This document shows, piece after piece, positions 1 through 12,654 of a DNA stretch of 64,000 nt. Every line of letters begins with the position of its first letter. The stretch's first letter is position 1. The stretch spans positions 141,050,001-141,114,000 of the forward strand of contig OZ024742.1 in NCBI GenBank assembly GCA_964016885.1, given 5' to 3'. The position numbers were made by a program, and so were the translations under genes. Below the pieces are notes generated by a model, which was not told the DNA's origin, ran no database searches, and saw only the letters and a list, made by a program, of their open reading frames with translations. This DNA comes from Eledone cirrhosa (taxonomy: Eukaryota).

Positions 1-60
1 GCTCTGTGGGTAGCATCTAACAGTTAAACTAACTACCTTACATAAAGTAAGTTTGTCCCC

Positions 61-248
61 GGTGGATTGGCAGTATCGGTAGAGGGTTGGACGCCATGCT
101 TTCCAGCATAGTTACGTCCCTTTACGATCTGAGTTCAAATCCCGCCGAGGTTGACTTTGCCTTTCATCCTTACGGGGTCGATAAAATAAAGTACCAGTAA
201 TGAACTGGGTAATTGCTGGCCTTGTGCCTAAAGTAGAAACAATTATTA
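61..248 (+). mobile_element. tRNA-derived SINE with Deu/Nin-like central domain
   Basis: B-box-like GAGTTCAAATCCC, central GCCTTTCATCCTTACGGGGTCGATAAAATAAAGTACCAG and (ATT) tail. Close copies at 24306-24422, 36250-36420, 53288-53470 (+) and 11449-11580, 45262-45460 (-). Confidence 0.75.
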
Positions 249-1078
249 GGCTATAGCTTAACTTGGCTTCCTTGTGATTTCTAGGTCTGCTAAATAGATA
301 GAATGCCAATCCATCAAAGCGTTAACAACCCAGCTGCAGCTGGTGCTCATTTTTACCAGCTCACTGGATGGGAGCAAAGTAAAATAAAGTGTCTTTCTCA
401 AGGATGTAGTGTACTACTTGATCTGGTATTCAAACTTATAACATTAAGATCCTGAGCCCAACACCCTAACCAGTAGGCCACACACTATTATCTTGCATAC
501 TATGAGTCTACATCACCAGAATAGAGTTGCAAACTACATAACAAAAACAATAATGCCTACATATACTACTTACATTATTATGTTTCACTAACTTCAAATG
601 TTTTCTAATGAAGTAAAAGGAAAGTTATGAAAGGGAAACAGGAAATTACCTTATAAAAAATTAAAAATTTGATATTTAGAATTTGTATGACAGTTAACAA
701 AAAGTGTATATATTTTCTCATAAAATTGGATCACTGCTAATTAAGATAATAGAAACTAAAGTTCCTCACAGGCAACAAAATAGTATCTATTGTATTAAAG
801 CTGTAGTACATATGTAAAAGTCTGTCATGCTAGAAATGGAATGGTAAGGGTGCGTGTGAAAAAGAAAGAAAACAAATGGTGCAGCTGAATTTTTTAGAAC
901 CTCTACTGTAACAACTCTTCATGGAAAGGGGGTGGTAAGAGTGTGTTTGTGAGATAGAGAGAGGAATTTTAAGAAAAATATTGTTCATCTTCAAATTATA
1001 CATGAGTAAAATATTCCATTTTTAGTAGTTTCAGTCATTTATTAAAGTTATTTGATTTATTTTGTGTTGTATATAAGC

Positions 1079-1184
1079 AATTAAATACTGTGTATATTAT
1101 TTGTGTATGTATATATATAAGTTATATATATATATATATAACTTATATATATACATACACAAATAATATACACAGTATTTAATT
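1079..1184. repeat. Perfect 106-bp palindrome centred on (TA)n
   Basis: AATTAAATACTGTGTATATTATTTGTGTATGTATATATATAAGT, then (TA)n, then its exact reverse complement. Confidence 0.9.
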
Positions 1185-1189
1185 CTACT

Positions 1190-2215
1190 TATGGTAGAAG
1201 AGGTGATCAAAGATAAGAAAGAAGCAGGGAAAGACTAGCAAAGCAGGGGAAATTAGAAGAAAAGCTAGGTGCCAAGTTCAGTTAACAAGGAAGGAAGCAG
1301 AAAGTAAGAAGTTTGTTTTATGTCTGTCATGAGTATCATATGTGTAAGGTGTACAGGATTTCAAGACAGTGTGCAAGAGAAAATCAAGATGTAGTTAGGG
1401 AGAAATGCATTCATAACAATAGTGGTGCATTTACCCTGACCAATGCTGAAAAAAAGGATGCGTGGAAGTGTCATTACGAGAGACTGTTGAATGAGGAGAA
1501 TGCATGAGAGGAAGATGGTCTGACTCAAGCAAACCCAATAGAGGAACCAACCATCCAAGTTAGCAATAGTATGGTAAGTAAAGCAATTAAAGATATAGAA
1601 GACAAGCAAAGCATCCTAACTGCATGTATAGTAAACCAGGTAATACAGGATGGTGTTATATCTAATGACTGGTGTAATAGCTGTATCATCAACTGCTACA
1701 ATGGCAAAGGGGATACGCTAGGCAAAAGAAACTATAGAGGCATCAAGTTAATGGACCAGGTCATGAAAGTTAGTGAAAGAATTATAGCATAACTGAACAG
1801 GGATTGAATCAAGCTAGATGAGATGCAGTTAGGCTATGTGTCTGGTAAAGATGCCCTCATGATTGTGAGACAGCTGCAGAAGTATCCAGCTAAGAGTAAG
1901 CCCCTCTACTTAACATTCATTGACCAGGAGAAAGCATGTGGCAGAGTCCCTCATCCCATAATCTGGAGAGCTCAAAAGAAACTATGAGTAGATGAATGAC
2001 TTATGAGGGCAGTACAAGCCATGTACAGAGAAGTCAACAAGGATAACAAAGAGTGTAGAGAAAATTTAGCGTTCAGGTGAGGGTCCACCTCAGCTTTGCC
2101 CTCAGCTCTCTCCTGTTTATTATTGTCTTTTAGGCTATATCAGCAGAGTTTAAACCTGGCTGCCCATGGAAACTCCTATATGTTGATGATCTAGTCCTTT
2201 TGGCTGAATCTGTGG
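1190..2215 (+). mobile_element. Decayed RTE-clade LINE fragment (RT region)
   Basis: ORF pieces [14 protein letters not shown] and [21 protein letters not shown], plus a LYVDDLV motif; multiple stops; homologous to 47115-50295. Confidence 0.85.
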
Positions 2216-2489
2216 CTGCCAAAAGACCCGAGTGATTAACAATGGGTGAAAGTAGATATTTTCAAGAAACAGCAACATTCTACTAACCAAGAACCCACAG
2301 CACGATATGAAGTAACAATAAGGGCAACAACACACACCTTTTTCCATCAATAGCCAACCAAGAAGGGCTGGCTATAGAAAATGGACAGCAATGGCAGTGC
2401 CACAGCATGGCCACAGCCAATCAGTTGGAACAAGTAAAAGAGAAAAACAGTAAAACAGAATACATAATATGAGACAAGTTAGATCATAT

Positions 2490-2765
2490 GACAATGTCTT
2501 ACTCATACAGAACTGTTTCTGACTTGGTTTCTATGGCTGGATGCCAACCACATTTACAGTGTAGGCTGGGTGCTTTTTATTGTGGCATCAAAACAACAAC
2601 TTTACAGTGTGGCCTGGACGATTTTTGTTGTGACACCAATACAGCTACTTTACAGTGTGGACTGGGCACTTTTTGTCATGTCACCAACATGACTACTTTA
2701 AATTGTGGACTGGCCACTTTTTTGTCATAGCACCAAAGCGACGAATCTATTGTGTAGACTGGGGC
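2490..2765 (-). mobile_element. SINE body with ~40-bp internal tandem units
   Basis: Repeated CTTTACAGTGTGGxCTGGG...TTTTTGT...CACCAA units after GGCTGGATGCC; same family as 42683-42979. Confidence 0.65.
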
Positions 2766-2877
2766 TGGAGTGGAGAAGGTGCATGTATGTAGTGTGGGGA
2801 TTGGAAAGGTAGATCTTAGATGGGGCACTTATCTGGTGAGAAGTGGGGTGTAAGGATATGAGTGAAACGTGGTGTTA

Positions 2878-3880
2878 ATAATAATAATAATAATAATAAT
2901 GAAATTATTGTGTACAGTGCTCAGGTGCACTACAACTCATCAAAGGTGCATGTATAGTACATAGAATAATGCACAAATGTCAGGAAAATGAACAGTGTAT
3001 GAGTCATGAAATACATGTGTTCGTGTATATGAAGGGAGGATATCAGGTATAATGTTGGCGAATCTCAGGAAGCATGGAAGTTTTAAAGGATGCAGTGTCT
3101 CGACAGCTAATGCATGTAGTTTGTTCCATGCTTCAGCAACTCTGAGCGTGAAAAAATATTTCTGAAAATCATGGGAGCTGTGCTGTTTTCTGACTTTGTA
3201 GGCATGCCCACGTATGTTAGACACATCGAAATCAAAAAGCTGCTCAGGGTTGTTGTTGGCGAGATGGTTAATAACTTTGTGGGTGTTTACTAAGTTAGTT
3301 GCCAGACGTCGGAGCTTCAATGTATCCATGCCCAGGGAAGCAAGGCATTCAGAGTGAGTATGGTAGATGCCTGATGGAGGGTATTCGCTTGGTTGCACGT
3401 CTCTGAACAGTTTCCAGGTGGTCAATGTTCTGAGCAAGATAGGGGTTCCTGACTGGTGACGCAAATTCTAAGTGTAGCCGCACCATAACTATATATAGCT
3501 TTAAATAGATAGCTGGAGAGTGGCTGACAAAGGTCTTGCTGAGTGATGCTAAGACACCCTCAGCCTTCTTGATAATTTTAGAGACGTACTTCGTCCAACG
3601 CAAGTCGCTGCTGACAGTAATGCCCAGGTCACATTCACAAGAAGACTTTTTGATATTAGTGTTGTGGAGGGAGTATGTGGATGCTGGGTTTTTACTCCCC
3701 AAAATGCATGGTGGTACACTTGTCCACAGCCAAATTGCGTTGTCAGTCTGTGATCCATTGTTACATTGTGTCCATGTCAGATTGCAGGAAAGATCTATAG
3801 TGTTCAGGATCTGTCCTTTTTATCTCAAGGTACAGCTTGATGTCCTCTGCATATTTCAGTACTGTGGCATTTAAGTTGGC
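2878..3880 (-). mobile_element. CR1/L2-group LINE 3' fragment
   Basis: ORFs with DLGITVSSDLRW, RLHLEFASPV, LETVQRRATKRIP and RGHAYK..FFTLRVAEAWNKL; 3' UTR and (ATT)n tail at ~2878-2900. Confidence 0.9.
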
Positions 3881-3984
3881 ATCTATGTGGTTCTATGACA
3901 TGGGTGGAGTGTTATGGCGTGAGAAGTGTATGGAAGAGAGGATGGTAGGGAAAGTGGTGCATACTAGATGTATGCTTTAAAGTG

Positions 3985-5045
3985 TGCACATGAGAAGATA
4001 TGTCTTCTGTATTACTGCATAACACCAGAGATCTCGATCCTGTGTCATTGCCTTTGAGGTGGAATTATGCAAGGTTAGCTTTTATCACCTCATTCCAACT
4101 TTTCCTATGTCTTCCTACTCCATAGCTTCACCAACTTTGAAAGTTCTGCACCTTTTTATACAGTTGTCATCCTTCATACACATCACATGTCCATACCTAC
4201 ATAATTTTCTCTCCTGCACACTTCATCTTATATTTTTTATGCCCAGTTTCTCAGTTTATTTATGGTCTGTTGTTCATGTATATTACTATTACACATCCAT
4301 TGAAGCATGCAAGCTTCATTTCTTTCCAATCTTCCCAGGTCCTCTGCATACAGCATCCAGGTCTCACTTTCAAGCAGCATTGCCATTTGTATACATGCAT
4401 CATATAATCTGCCCTTCATTTTGAGAGCAAAACCTTTTGTAGCTAGCAGATGTAGTAGCTCCCTGAACTTTCTCCACCCCATTCTCACTCTGGCTACTGT
4501 ACATTCAGAATACCGACCTCCACTGCTAATTTGGTCACCAATTTAACAGAAGCTATTAACAACTTTTATGGAGCCCCCTGGACAATTATTAGAGCATATT
4601 TCCTGTGAACATTTGCTACTTACTGCTTCTATGCAACAACCACATGTAAAACCTACATTCTTTGCTAGCCTACCTGAAATCTCACATCTTTTGTGTACCC
4701 ATAGTTTGCATTTCGGACAGAGGATGGAATTTCCACCCACTCCTGTCCTATATAGTGAGAAGGGCCATTTCCCTGAAAGGATCAGGGCCTTGTTTTCCTT
4801 TCTACTTACTAGGACTTTAGATTTTGCAAAGTTGATTGTAAGACCTTTTGATTTCAAGTTATGATTCCAAGTCAGGAATTTTTTCTCTAGTTCTGCCATA
4901 GATTCAGCTATGAGAGTTAAATCACTGACATAGAGGAGTTCCCAAAGAGCATCGTGTTTTAAACTTTTCTGTTATAGCCTAGAGGATGATAATAAACAGG
5001 AAAAGGCTAAGGACGGAGACCTAGTAGGTCCCAATTTGCATACTA
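3985..5045 (-). mobile_element. RTE LINE 3' fragment
   Basis: ORFs KGLTINFAKSKVL, GKWP..C..C..WVHKRC and [17 protein letters not shown]. Confidence 0.85.
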
Positions 5046-5797
5046 AACTCTAGTCATTACTAGTTTCTTGTCAAGGAATGCTTCCCCCATTTTGCCATTC
5101 TTTCCATGCCTGTTTCTTGACCTTAATTGTCTTATTCACCCTACTATTCCACCATCAAGTCACTCTCCTACTTCCAAAACCTTTACTCTAGCCACATACC
5201 TAATTTGTGGCTTTCAATAGATTATCTCTCAGGAACTCCCACTGCTCCTCTATATTGTATATCCTGTTTCTTCTTCCTTACTGGTAAAAGCATCAAGTAA
5301 GATATTCGAAAACTTCCATATCCTTCACCTCCAGGTTACCCTCTGTCTCCGAGTTCATCTAGCACTGATTAACAAATTGCTGACTACTAGGTTATGTTGG
5401 AAGGTGCATTCATCACCAGGGAGAGATTTTGTGTTTACGAACATCTCTATCTCGCTTTCTGGTGAGGATGAAATCTATTTCACTGGTGCGCTCACCTGAT
5501 ATATAGGGGATCAAGTGGTTGTTGTTTTTTTAAGTTAGTGTTACAGATCATTATACATACATACATATATTAAATATACATATATATGCATATACACACA
5601 CATTGAGCTTCCCAGTATTTTGTTCAGTCAAAACTAACTTGTTATCTTCATTTATAAAACTGGATATTCACACACACACATTATATATAATTACATCGTC
5701 CCACCGTTGCAAGCAGGGAAAAGCGGACGTAAAATGATGATGATGACATCCTCATTTTACGTCCGCTTTTCCCTACTTGCATATGTATAAAAACATA

Positions 5798-5838
<41 letters not shown>

Positions 5839-5851
5839 ACAAATATATGTA

Positions 5852-6760
5852 TAGCTGAATCTGAAGGCGAGTTAGTGGCAACATTTCAAGAATGGAAGAC
5901 AAATCTAGAGTTGACAGGCCTAAAGGTAAACTTAGCAAAGACAAAAGTCTTAATAAGTAGGAAAGAAGACAGGAGAGTGGTACCATCAGGAAAGTGGCCT
6001 TGTTCGATATGTCAGAAAGGGGTGGACAGTAATTCGATAAGGTGCACACAGTGTAATTTATTGGCACACAAGAGATGTAGTGGGATTACAAGGCAAGCTA
6101 ATGGAAAATATAGACTTTATATGCAGCAGAAGTACAGGAGAGGTGAGCACAAAGAACACATGTGAAATAGATTCCTTCTGTTGCCAGGGAAGCTCCCTAA
6201 AAATAGTTGACAGTTTTTGTTGCCTAGGCAATCAAATTAGCAGTGGAAGAGGATGTGCTGAAAGTGTAATAGCTAGTATAAGAACAGGCTGGAAGAAATT
6301 TAAAGAACTGTTACCACTGCTTACAACAAAGGTTTTCTCTCAGAGTGAAGGGTAAATTGTATGATGCCTGTGTACATACTGCAATGTTATAGGGCAGTGA
6401 AACATGGGCCTTAATTGCAGAAGACCCGTGGAAGCTAAAAAGAAATGAGTCAAATATGCTTCAATGGATGTGTTATGTTAATGTACATCAGCAACATAGC
6501 ATAAGCAAACTGAGGGAAAAACTTGGCATAAGAGAAATTGGATGTAGTATGCAATTGGTATGGACATGTGATGCATATGGAAAATAGCAGCTGCATAAAG
6601 AATTGCAGAGAAACCCCCAGTGGCTGGGACCCATGGAAGAGACAGACCTAGGAAGACGTGGGATAAGGTTGTAAAGACCAACTTTAAAAATCTAAACTTC
6701 ACAACAGAAACAACAAAGGATGACGAGGGCCGGCGCTATGTTGTGCTGGTGAAGACCTGG
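5852..6760 (+). mobile_element. RTE LINE 3' fragment
   Basis: [45 protein letters not shown]. Confidence 0.85.
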
Positions 6761-9159
6761 CCTATAGCATACAATGTGGCCAGACTTATTATTTGGTCCC
6801 CACCCCTTCTACTAGCACTCCCCAAGGGCTATTCTCACCAATACATCACCACCATGCCACCCACCTCCGCCAACACTCAATCCTTAGTTGCTGGCCCTTC
6901 AAAAGCCACCAGACTCCCTCACTGTCACACTCTAGTAGCCACACCTCACTCTTATGCGCCCCACCCATGCCTCTTCCATTAGTACTCCCTAACAGCTATC
7001 CTCCCCATCACTACACACACCCACTCCACTCATATCCTCTCTTGTATTCATCCCTTAGCTAGTGTATTTCTCCCCACCTAAAACTCTGTGATACTCTCAC
7101 TATCACAGGCTATCACTGCTTAGCTATTCTCTCCATCAATATACCTCCTGTTTCCGGCACTGATGAGTACCACTCCCACCACTTCAGTGTTCTCATTTTT
7201 AAAAAAAAAGGAGGCTCGAGAAGACCCTTCAGTCGTGCTAGGGTACGGCAACGTTTCTGGTGTTGGAGATCTACACAATAAACGCATCCAGTACACGCTG
7301 TACCGTAGTTGGTGATAGGAAGGGCATCTGGTCGTAAAAAGCTTGCTAAATAAAGGGTTGCGAGGGCCTTTCAGTTGTGTCAAAGATATAAGAACTTCTC
7401 ATGTGCACTCGGTAGAATGTGAGACCATACGTAAGTGAGATGCAAATCCCTGGCCTACCTGGGAGATCAGTAGCCTCGCTTCAATACTTATTGGTCTATA
7501 TAGACCCGTCCAACCCTTGCTAGCTGAGAAACCAGACACTAAAACGATGATACACACACACCAGCTTATCATACCTCCCCGTTTGGCAGGGATTGTCCCC
7601 ATGTTCTGTCTGGTTTACTAATTTGTCCCGGTTGAAAAGCATAAATCCAAAAATAGAAACGAAAAACTTTAAAATCTGCACATAATCCTGATTAGTTGTC
7701 TGTTTGTTTATCTACATCAAAATTGTGAAGCACTTGTTCTTTAAAATGTTTGGCTGCTATTTCTAGGGATTTAGTGAAGAACCTCAGAACTGTTTTCCTA
7801 ACTTTCTTAATAATGAAATTTTGCAGAGATAGGTTTTCGAAGGTGTAGATTATGCTAAGGAAATATATTTATTTCTTAATTTACAAAGAAAAGAAGTTAT
7901 AAATATCTTAGGAAACCTTCTATTAGTTGCCACTATTTTGAGTAAAAAAGATTTACATGAATAATAATTATTTCGATTGATATATTAGGAGATGGGTTAT
8001 GAGATTTTCAGTGATAAAATTCTTTAGTGGTTAAATTGATAGTAATTTTTCTGTGTTATAGTAATCGTAGTGTTGTTGTAATTTTAAATTCTCAAAGTTA
8101 TCAATTTTTGTTGAATGTAGGTAATTATCTAGTTTATACAGTTGCTTCTTGATTGATATTGCCTGTTTAATATTTAAAGATATCAGTCTTATTAAAATCA
8201 GCATTAACAGAGCTAGTTCACATTTTTTTCGAAACAAATATGCTGACAATGTAGATAGCTTGAAATTACCAACACAAATGCAATAGTTGTCAAAATTCAA
8301 CATACACAGATATATCTCTATTACTTAATTACACAATTACCTGATGTCCTGTTTTTTGGCCGGTAACGTCCCGATACGAAAGTGTCTCGGCTTGAAAATT
8401 ATGTATAGTAAATTTCATTATAAAAACATGGACATTTTTACAAAATCATAAATATATTACTGCATAAAAATCTTTTTGTATGTTTAGGCCTTTGAATCTA
8501 GATGTCTATTTTGCAAACGTCTAATTATTCTACAAAAAATGTGATCGGTAAACGGGTGCATTGAAACAAATATACATTGACATTTCTTTCATTTCTACAT
8601 ACATATCCTTTACAAACTAATAAAAAAAAAATCATTGAGATAATTTAATGTAAAACGCGACTAACGAAAAAAAGCAGCAGCTAAATTTAAAATTTAAAAC
8701 TACTGAAATGTTACAATGAAAGAATAAAAACGACACAACATAGGTATGAATAATAAACAAATACTCGACATAACATGTTAACAATTGGAAAAACAAAACT
8801 AGGAAATATATCGTGTTTTAAACATAAAGAATACCGATGTAAGAATACAAGACAGTATGTAATTGAGCGTGTAAGACGAAGTTAAGTTTAATCGAAGTAA
8901 AATATCGTATTAAGGTGCCAAATTCAATTGATTTATAACGGATCTAAGCATATTTCAGTTAGTATTTACCAAAAATGAGCGCTGCAGACGACAAATAAAT
9001 ATTTCAAAACACACACCCCTATTCTAAAAAAGAGATTATTGTTACAATATAGAAGAGCTTGTGTACATTTTAAGGGGTAGATTTGGTTAAAATATTCAAC
9101 AAAGAATTTTAAAATATACGCTTCAGTACAGGTAAACTTCATTAAAAACGACTACTTAC

Positions 9160-9202
9160 CTTTAAGTGCTAAAAGATGTTCTTTTTCACGAGAACCCTCC
9201 AT
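9160..9202 (-). CDS. TRAPPC13: TRAPPC13 first coding exon; remainder apparently beyond the left window edge
   Basis: AACATGG start context; reads MEGSREKEHLLALK+G, then GTAAGT donor (phase 1). EHLLALKV matches the TRAPPC13 N-terminus (human MEVNPPKQEHLLALKV, from memory). Divergent from TRIM23 as in human. Exon 2 not found in 1-9159. Confidence 0.8.
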
Positions 9203-10119
9203 GTTGTTTAATATAAGACTCGCAGTAACGACAGAGGAAGATGAATTATCTAAAATATTAATCGTACAAATTAAATTATGTAAAAAAAAATAAATTATTA
9301 AAATAAAATCTTCATAGATTAAGACAGTTCAATATTTCAATTAGTTTCATTTTGTTTTATTGCAGAATACTTTAATAAATAAATAAACTAATATAAAATA
9401 AGGAAGTATGGAAAGCGATAAGGAATATAATATATACTGTATATACAGGTTCTGACAATGAACTGCGTGTTTCATCTGGACATACTAATGTGATTTCGTG
9501 GGCGGTAGAATTATGCAAACACTAGAGCACACGTGTATTTTGCTAGAGATGTACTGCTCTAGTATGAAATCAACTCACACTAAATTTGGCTTAGCTTTTT
9601 ATTCTTTCAAACGTATTATTGTTTAGCTTGGATCATTACTGATCAAGCAGACCTATGATCAATGGGGTTCCAGCCATGACCATCCTTTTTGCTGTTGTTG
9701 TTTTTTTTTAATATATATCTAGGACTATATTAGCCAATATGCCCTTCATATTCTTTTGAGACTGCAGAGTGTTATTGTTATTATTGGCAATGTCTTTTAG
9801 GAAATATGGGTACACTAAGGTCCATGGGTTCAGGTTGGGAAAGTAGGGGTAGAAACTATAACCTGATCTCCTTTCTGGAAATTAAAAAGCAGAATAATAT
9901 TCACTGTTAAGCTAATGAATGCATTTCGGTTTCTTGCACATAACTAATTCTATTAAAGATGGCTACTTGTTTGATGTAACAGCTTGGTCATTCAGTTGCA
10001 TAATATTTCTGAATATAAAAGATTGCATACAACTCCACCTGTATTTGTATGATCACTGTACAATATGATAATGTCATTGCTGGTTGATAACAACAAACTT
10101 CCACTTGATAACCCAGATC

Positions 10120-10242
10120 ATGACTCATACACTGTTTATTTTCCTGACATTTGTACATTATTCTATGTACTATACATGCACCTTTGATGAGTTGTAGTGC
10201 ACCTGAGCACTGTACACAATAATTTCATTATTATTATTATTA
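10120..10242 (+). mobile_element. CR1-like LINE 3' tail
   Basis: Matches the 3' UTR and (ATT)n tail of 2878-3880 and 29625-30535. Confidence 0.8.
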
Positions 10243-10639
10243 TATGATAGAGGCTTGGCTACAATGTTTTGCTTCTACGACTGGGATTGAAAACTTGCTC
10301 TTCAGCATATTTTGAGTGGCTCTTTATTTTATGAAATTGTCAATCTTGTATTAAAATACAAGCAACAACTAATGAACCAGACATTAAAGCAATTTCAGAT
10401 GAGATTCAAAGACAAAACAAACAAAAAAGTTAGCTAAATTCTTGTTTTCTTATATATATTTTAGTTTCTAATAAATTATGCAGCTCCAATAGTTTCAGTT
10501 ATTATTTGACTATTTATCATGACCAGCTTTGATGTTGCTTTGGGCTGTTTATCTTAGAGAATATCAGGCTACAACTAGTAACCTAGGGTAACTCCAACTT
10601 TTTCATATCATTCCTTGTCATTTCACTGCTGCTGGTAGT

Positions 10640-11380
10640 TCAGAACCTTTCTTAATATTTGGGCTGTTCCCAGTAGACATGACTTTTCGAGCAGTTCAAT
10701 CCCTTGTGCAAAGTCTATTTTCGACAGGTAGTTTTCTATGTTCATTGTCATTATGCCAAGAGCACCAATCACCAATTCAAAATATTTTATTTTCATTTAA
10801 TTCTGGTATCAAAAGGACATGCTACATCTATGAGGGTGCAGTTTATTTCCTTCTCAATTACAACAATATCTGGTATGTTGTGTTCAGTCTTCATCTCTGT
10901 CTGAGTTGGGAAGTCCCATTAGATGTTTATCTTAACATTCTCTAGCACTCTTATCTCATTTGTGACACCATGTTCATAGCTATTTTCTGCACATGGAAAT
11001 CAATACTTTTTAAACAAGCTCCATGAAATATGATAGCCACCTTATCATGTCTGACTTTTTTATAATAATTCTGATCTAACTGCTTACACTCTGAAATATG
11101 GGCAGTTGTCTCTGCTTTCTCCCCACAAATTCTGCATTCAGCTTGAACATCTTTCTTCTTTATGTTTTTCATTACCCACCTTGTTCTAATGGCTTGATCT
11201 TGCACTGCTAATATAAGTTCTTCCTTTTCTTTCTTAATGTAGTCTTTCCAAAACTATAACCAAGTATTTTTGTTATCACACACGTTTCTTTTTTTTTAAG
11301 GAATGCTGAACGCAGGGGCTTTTCATCAAATGCTTTTTTATGCTCTTCAGCAATCACAGTTTTTGTGCTTCTAGGTCTCC
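10640..11380 (-). mobile_element. R4/Dong-like (RLE-type) LINE 3' fragment
   Basis: QDQAIRT..CRICGEKAETTAHISEC..RHDKVA zinc-knuckle region. Confidence 0.75.
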
Positions 11381-11679
11381 ATATTATTATTATTACTTAT
11401 TGGTATAACATCTGCCAGAACAAAACCGTTATGAATAATAATAATAATGGTTTCTGGTTTAGGCACAAGGCCAGCAATTTTGGTTGAGGGGAAAGTTGAT
11501 TAAATTGACCCCAGTGCATTACTGGTGCTTTATTTTATCGACCCCGTAAGGATGAAAGGCAAGGTTAACCTCAGCAGATTTTACGTTAACTTTGCCTTTC
11601 ATCTTAACGGAGTAGATAACATAAAGCACCAGTAATGCACTGGGGTAATTGCTGGCCTTGTGCCAAAAGTAGAAACATT

Positions 11680-12450
11680 ATTATTATTATTACTATTCAT
11701 AACGGTTTTGTTCTGGCAGATGTTATACCGACACTATACCAAAAGAGTGAGCTATAGCCAATGACCAAAGATCATTTGGGCCATTCCTTCTCCTTCAACT
11801 GTCCAGCATCCTTCTTAGAATTCTTACAGTTCCCAGCAAGGCTATTTTCTGCAACATTCCTGTTCTGATGGTAATTCCTAGCTTCTCAAGCCATGCATCC
11901 AACCTTCTACTACCTGCTCCCTGTGTGCCAACCACAATATATGCCTTGTTATTTTTCTTTTCTACGACAACAATGTCAGGCTTTCTAGCCACGATAGAAT
12001 GGTTTTACTGGATGGTCATGTCTCACAAGATATTATGTTGTTCATTTTCAGCCACCCTTTCCGGTTGGTGTTCATACAATTTCTCACTTCTGCTCGTGTC
12101 AAATTATGACAGAGCTTCCAGTGAACCAATCTGGCAAAGTTGTCATGCCTTCTCTTGTACTCTTTCTGAACAAGCATCATACATCCACTAATAATGTGGT
12201 TTATTGTCTCACCTTTCTTACCACACAACCAACAAAGTGAAGAATTCACTGACTTGTCGATGTTAAACTTGATATAGCTTGTTCTTAGTGCCTGTTCCTG
12301 GGCTGCAAAAATAAGGGCTTCAGTTTCAACTTTTAAGTCACTTTTCCTAGCCCATTCCCAGTTCCTATCTTTGTCAACTGTCTTAGACATTTCACGTACA
12401 AATTGACCATATATTTTTTTTTCTTCCATCTATTCAATGTGTTATTCTGT
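11680..12450 (-). mobile_element. R4/Dong-like LINE 3' fragment with (AAT)n tail
   Basis: ETEALIFAAQEQALRT, CWLCGKKGETINHIISGC, RRHDN, KPDIVV (restriction-like endonuclease), LQKIALLGTVRILRRML. Confidence 0.8.
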
Positions 12451-12654
12451 TTGTCTTATTTACAACTGTTTAATGCATGCAATGCATACATTGCCTTAAG
12501 AGTCAGATAAAACAAGATGGTCGCGACTAAAATACTTTAGATAATAGATCTGGTTAATCAGTTACAATAATACATATCAATTAGACTCAACATTGGTATT
12601 GATCAATTACTCTGCATGTATCTATTTTAGAATAGATACAAGTATTCTTGTATG

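Noticed and set aside
2550-2765. Regularly spaced repeats resembling a CRISPR array
   Set aside because: The units are contiguous degenerate tandem repeats inside a SINE, in eukaryotic DNA with no cas genes.
7560-8400. Possible DNA-transposon remnant with GTCCC motifs
   Set aside because: No matching second terminal repeat or transposase motif could be identified.
1-9159. SHLD3-like gene or TRAPPC13 exon 2 in the putative first intron
   Set aside because: No MRLTKP-like exon or SHLD3-like translation found by eye; ORF 8031-8303 is AT-rich with no recognisable motif.
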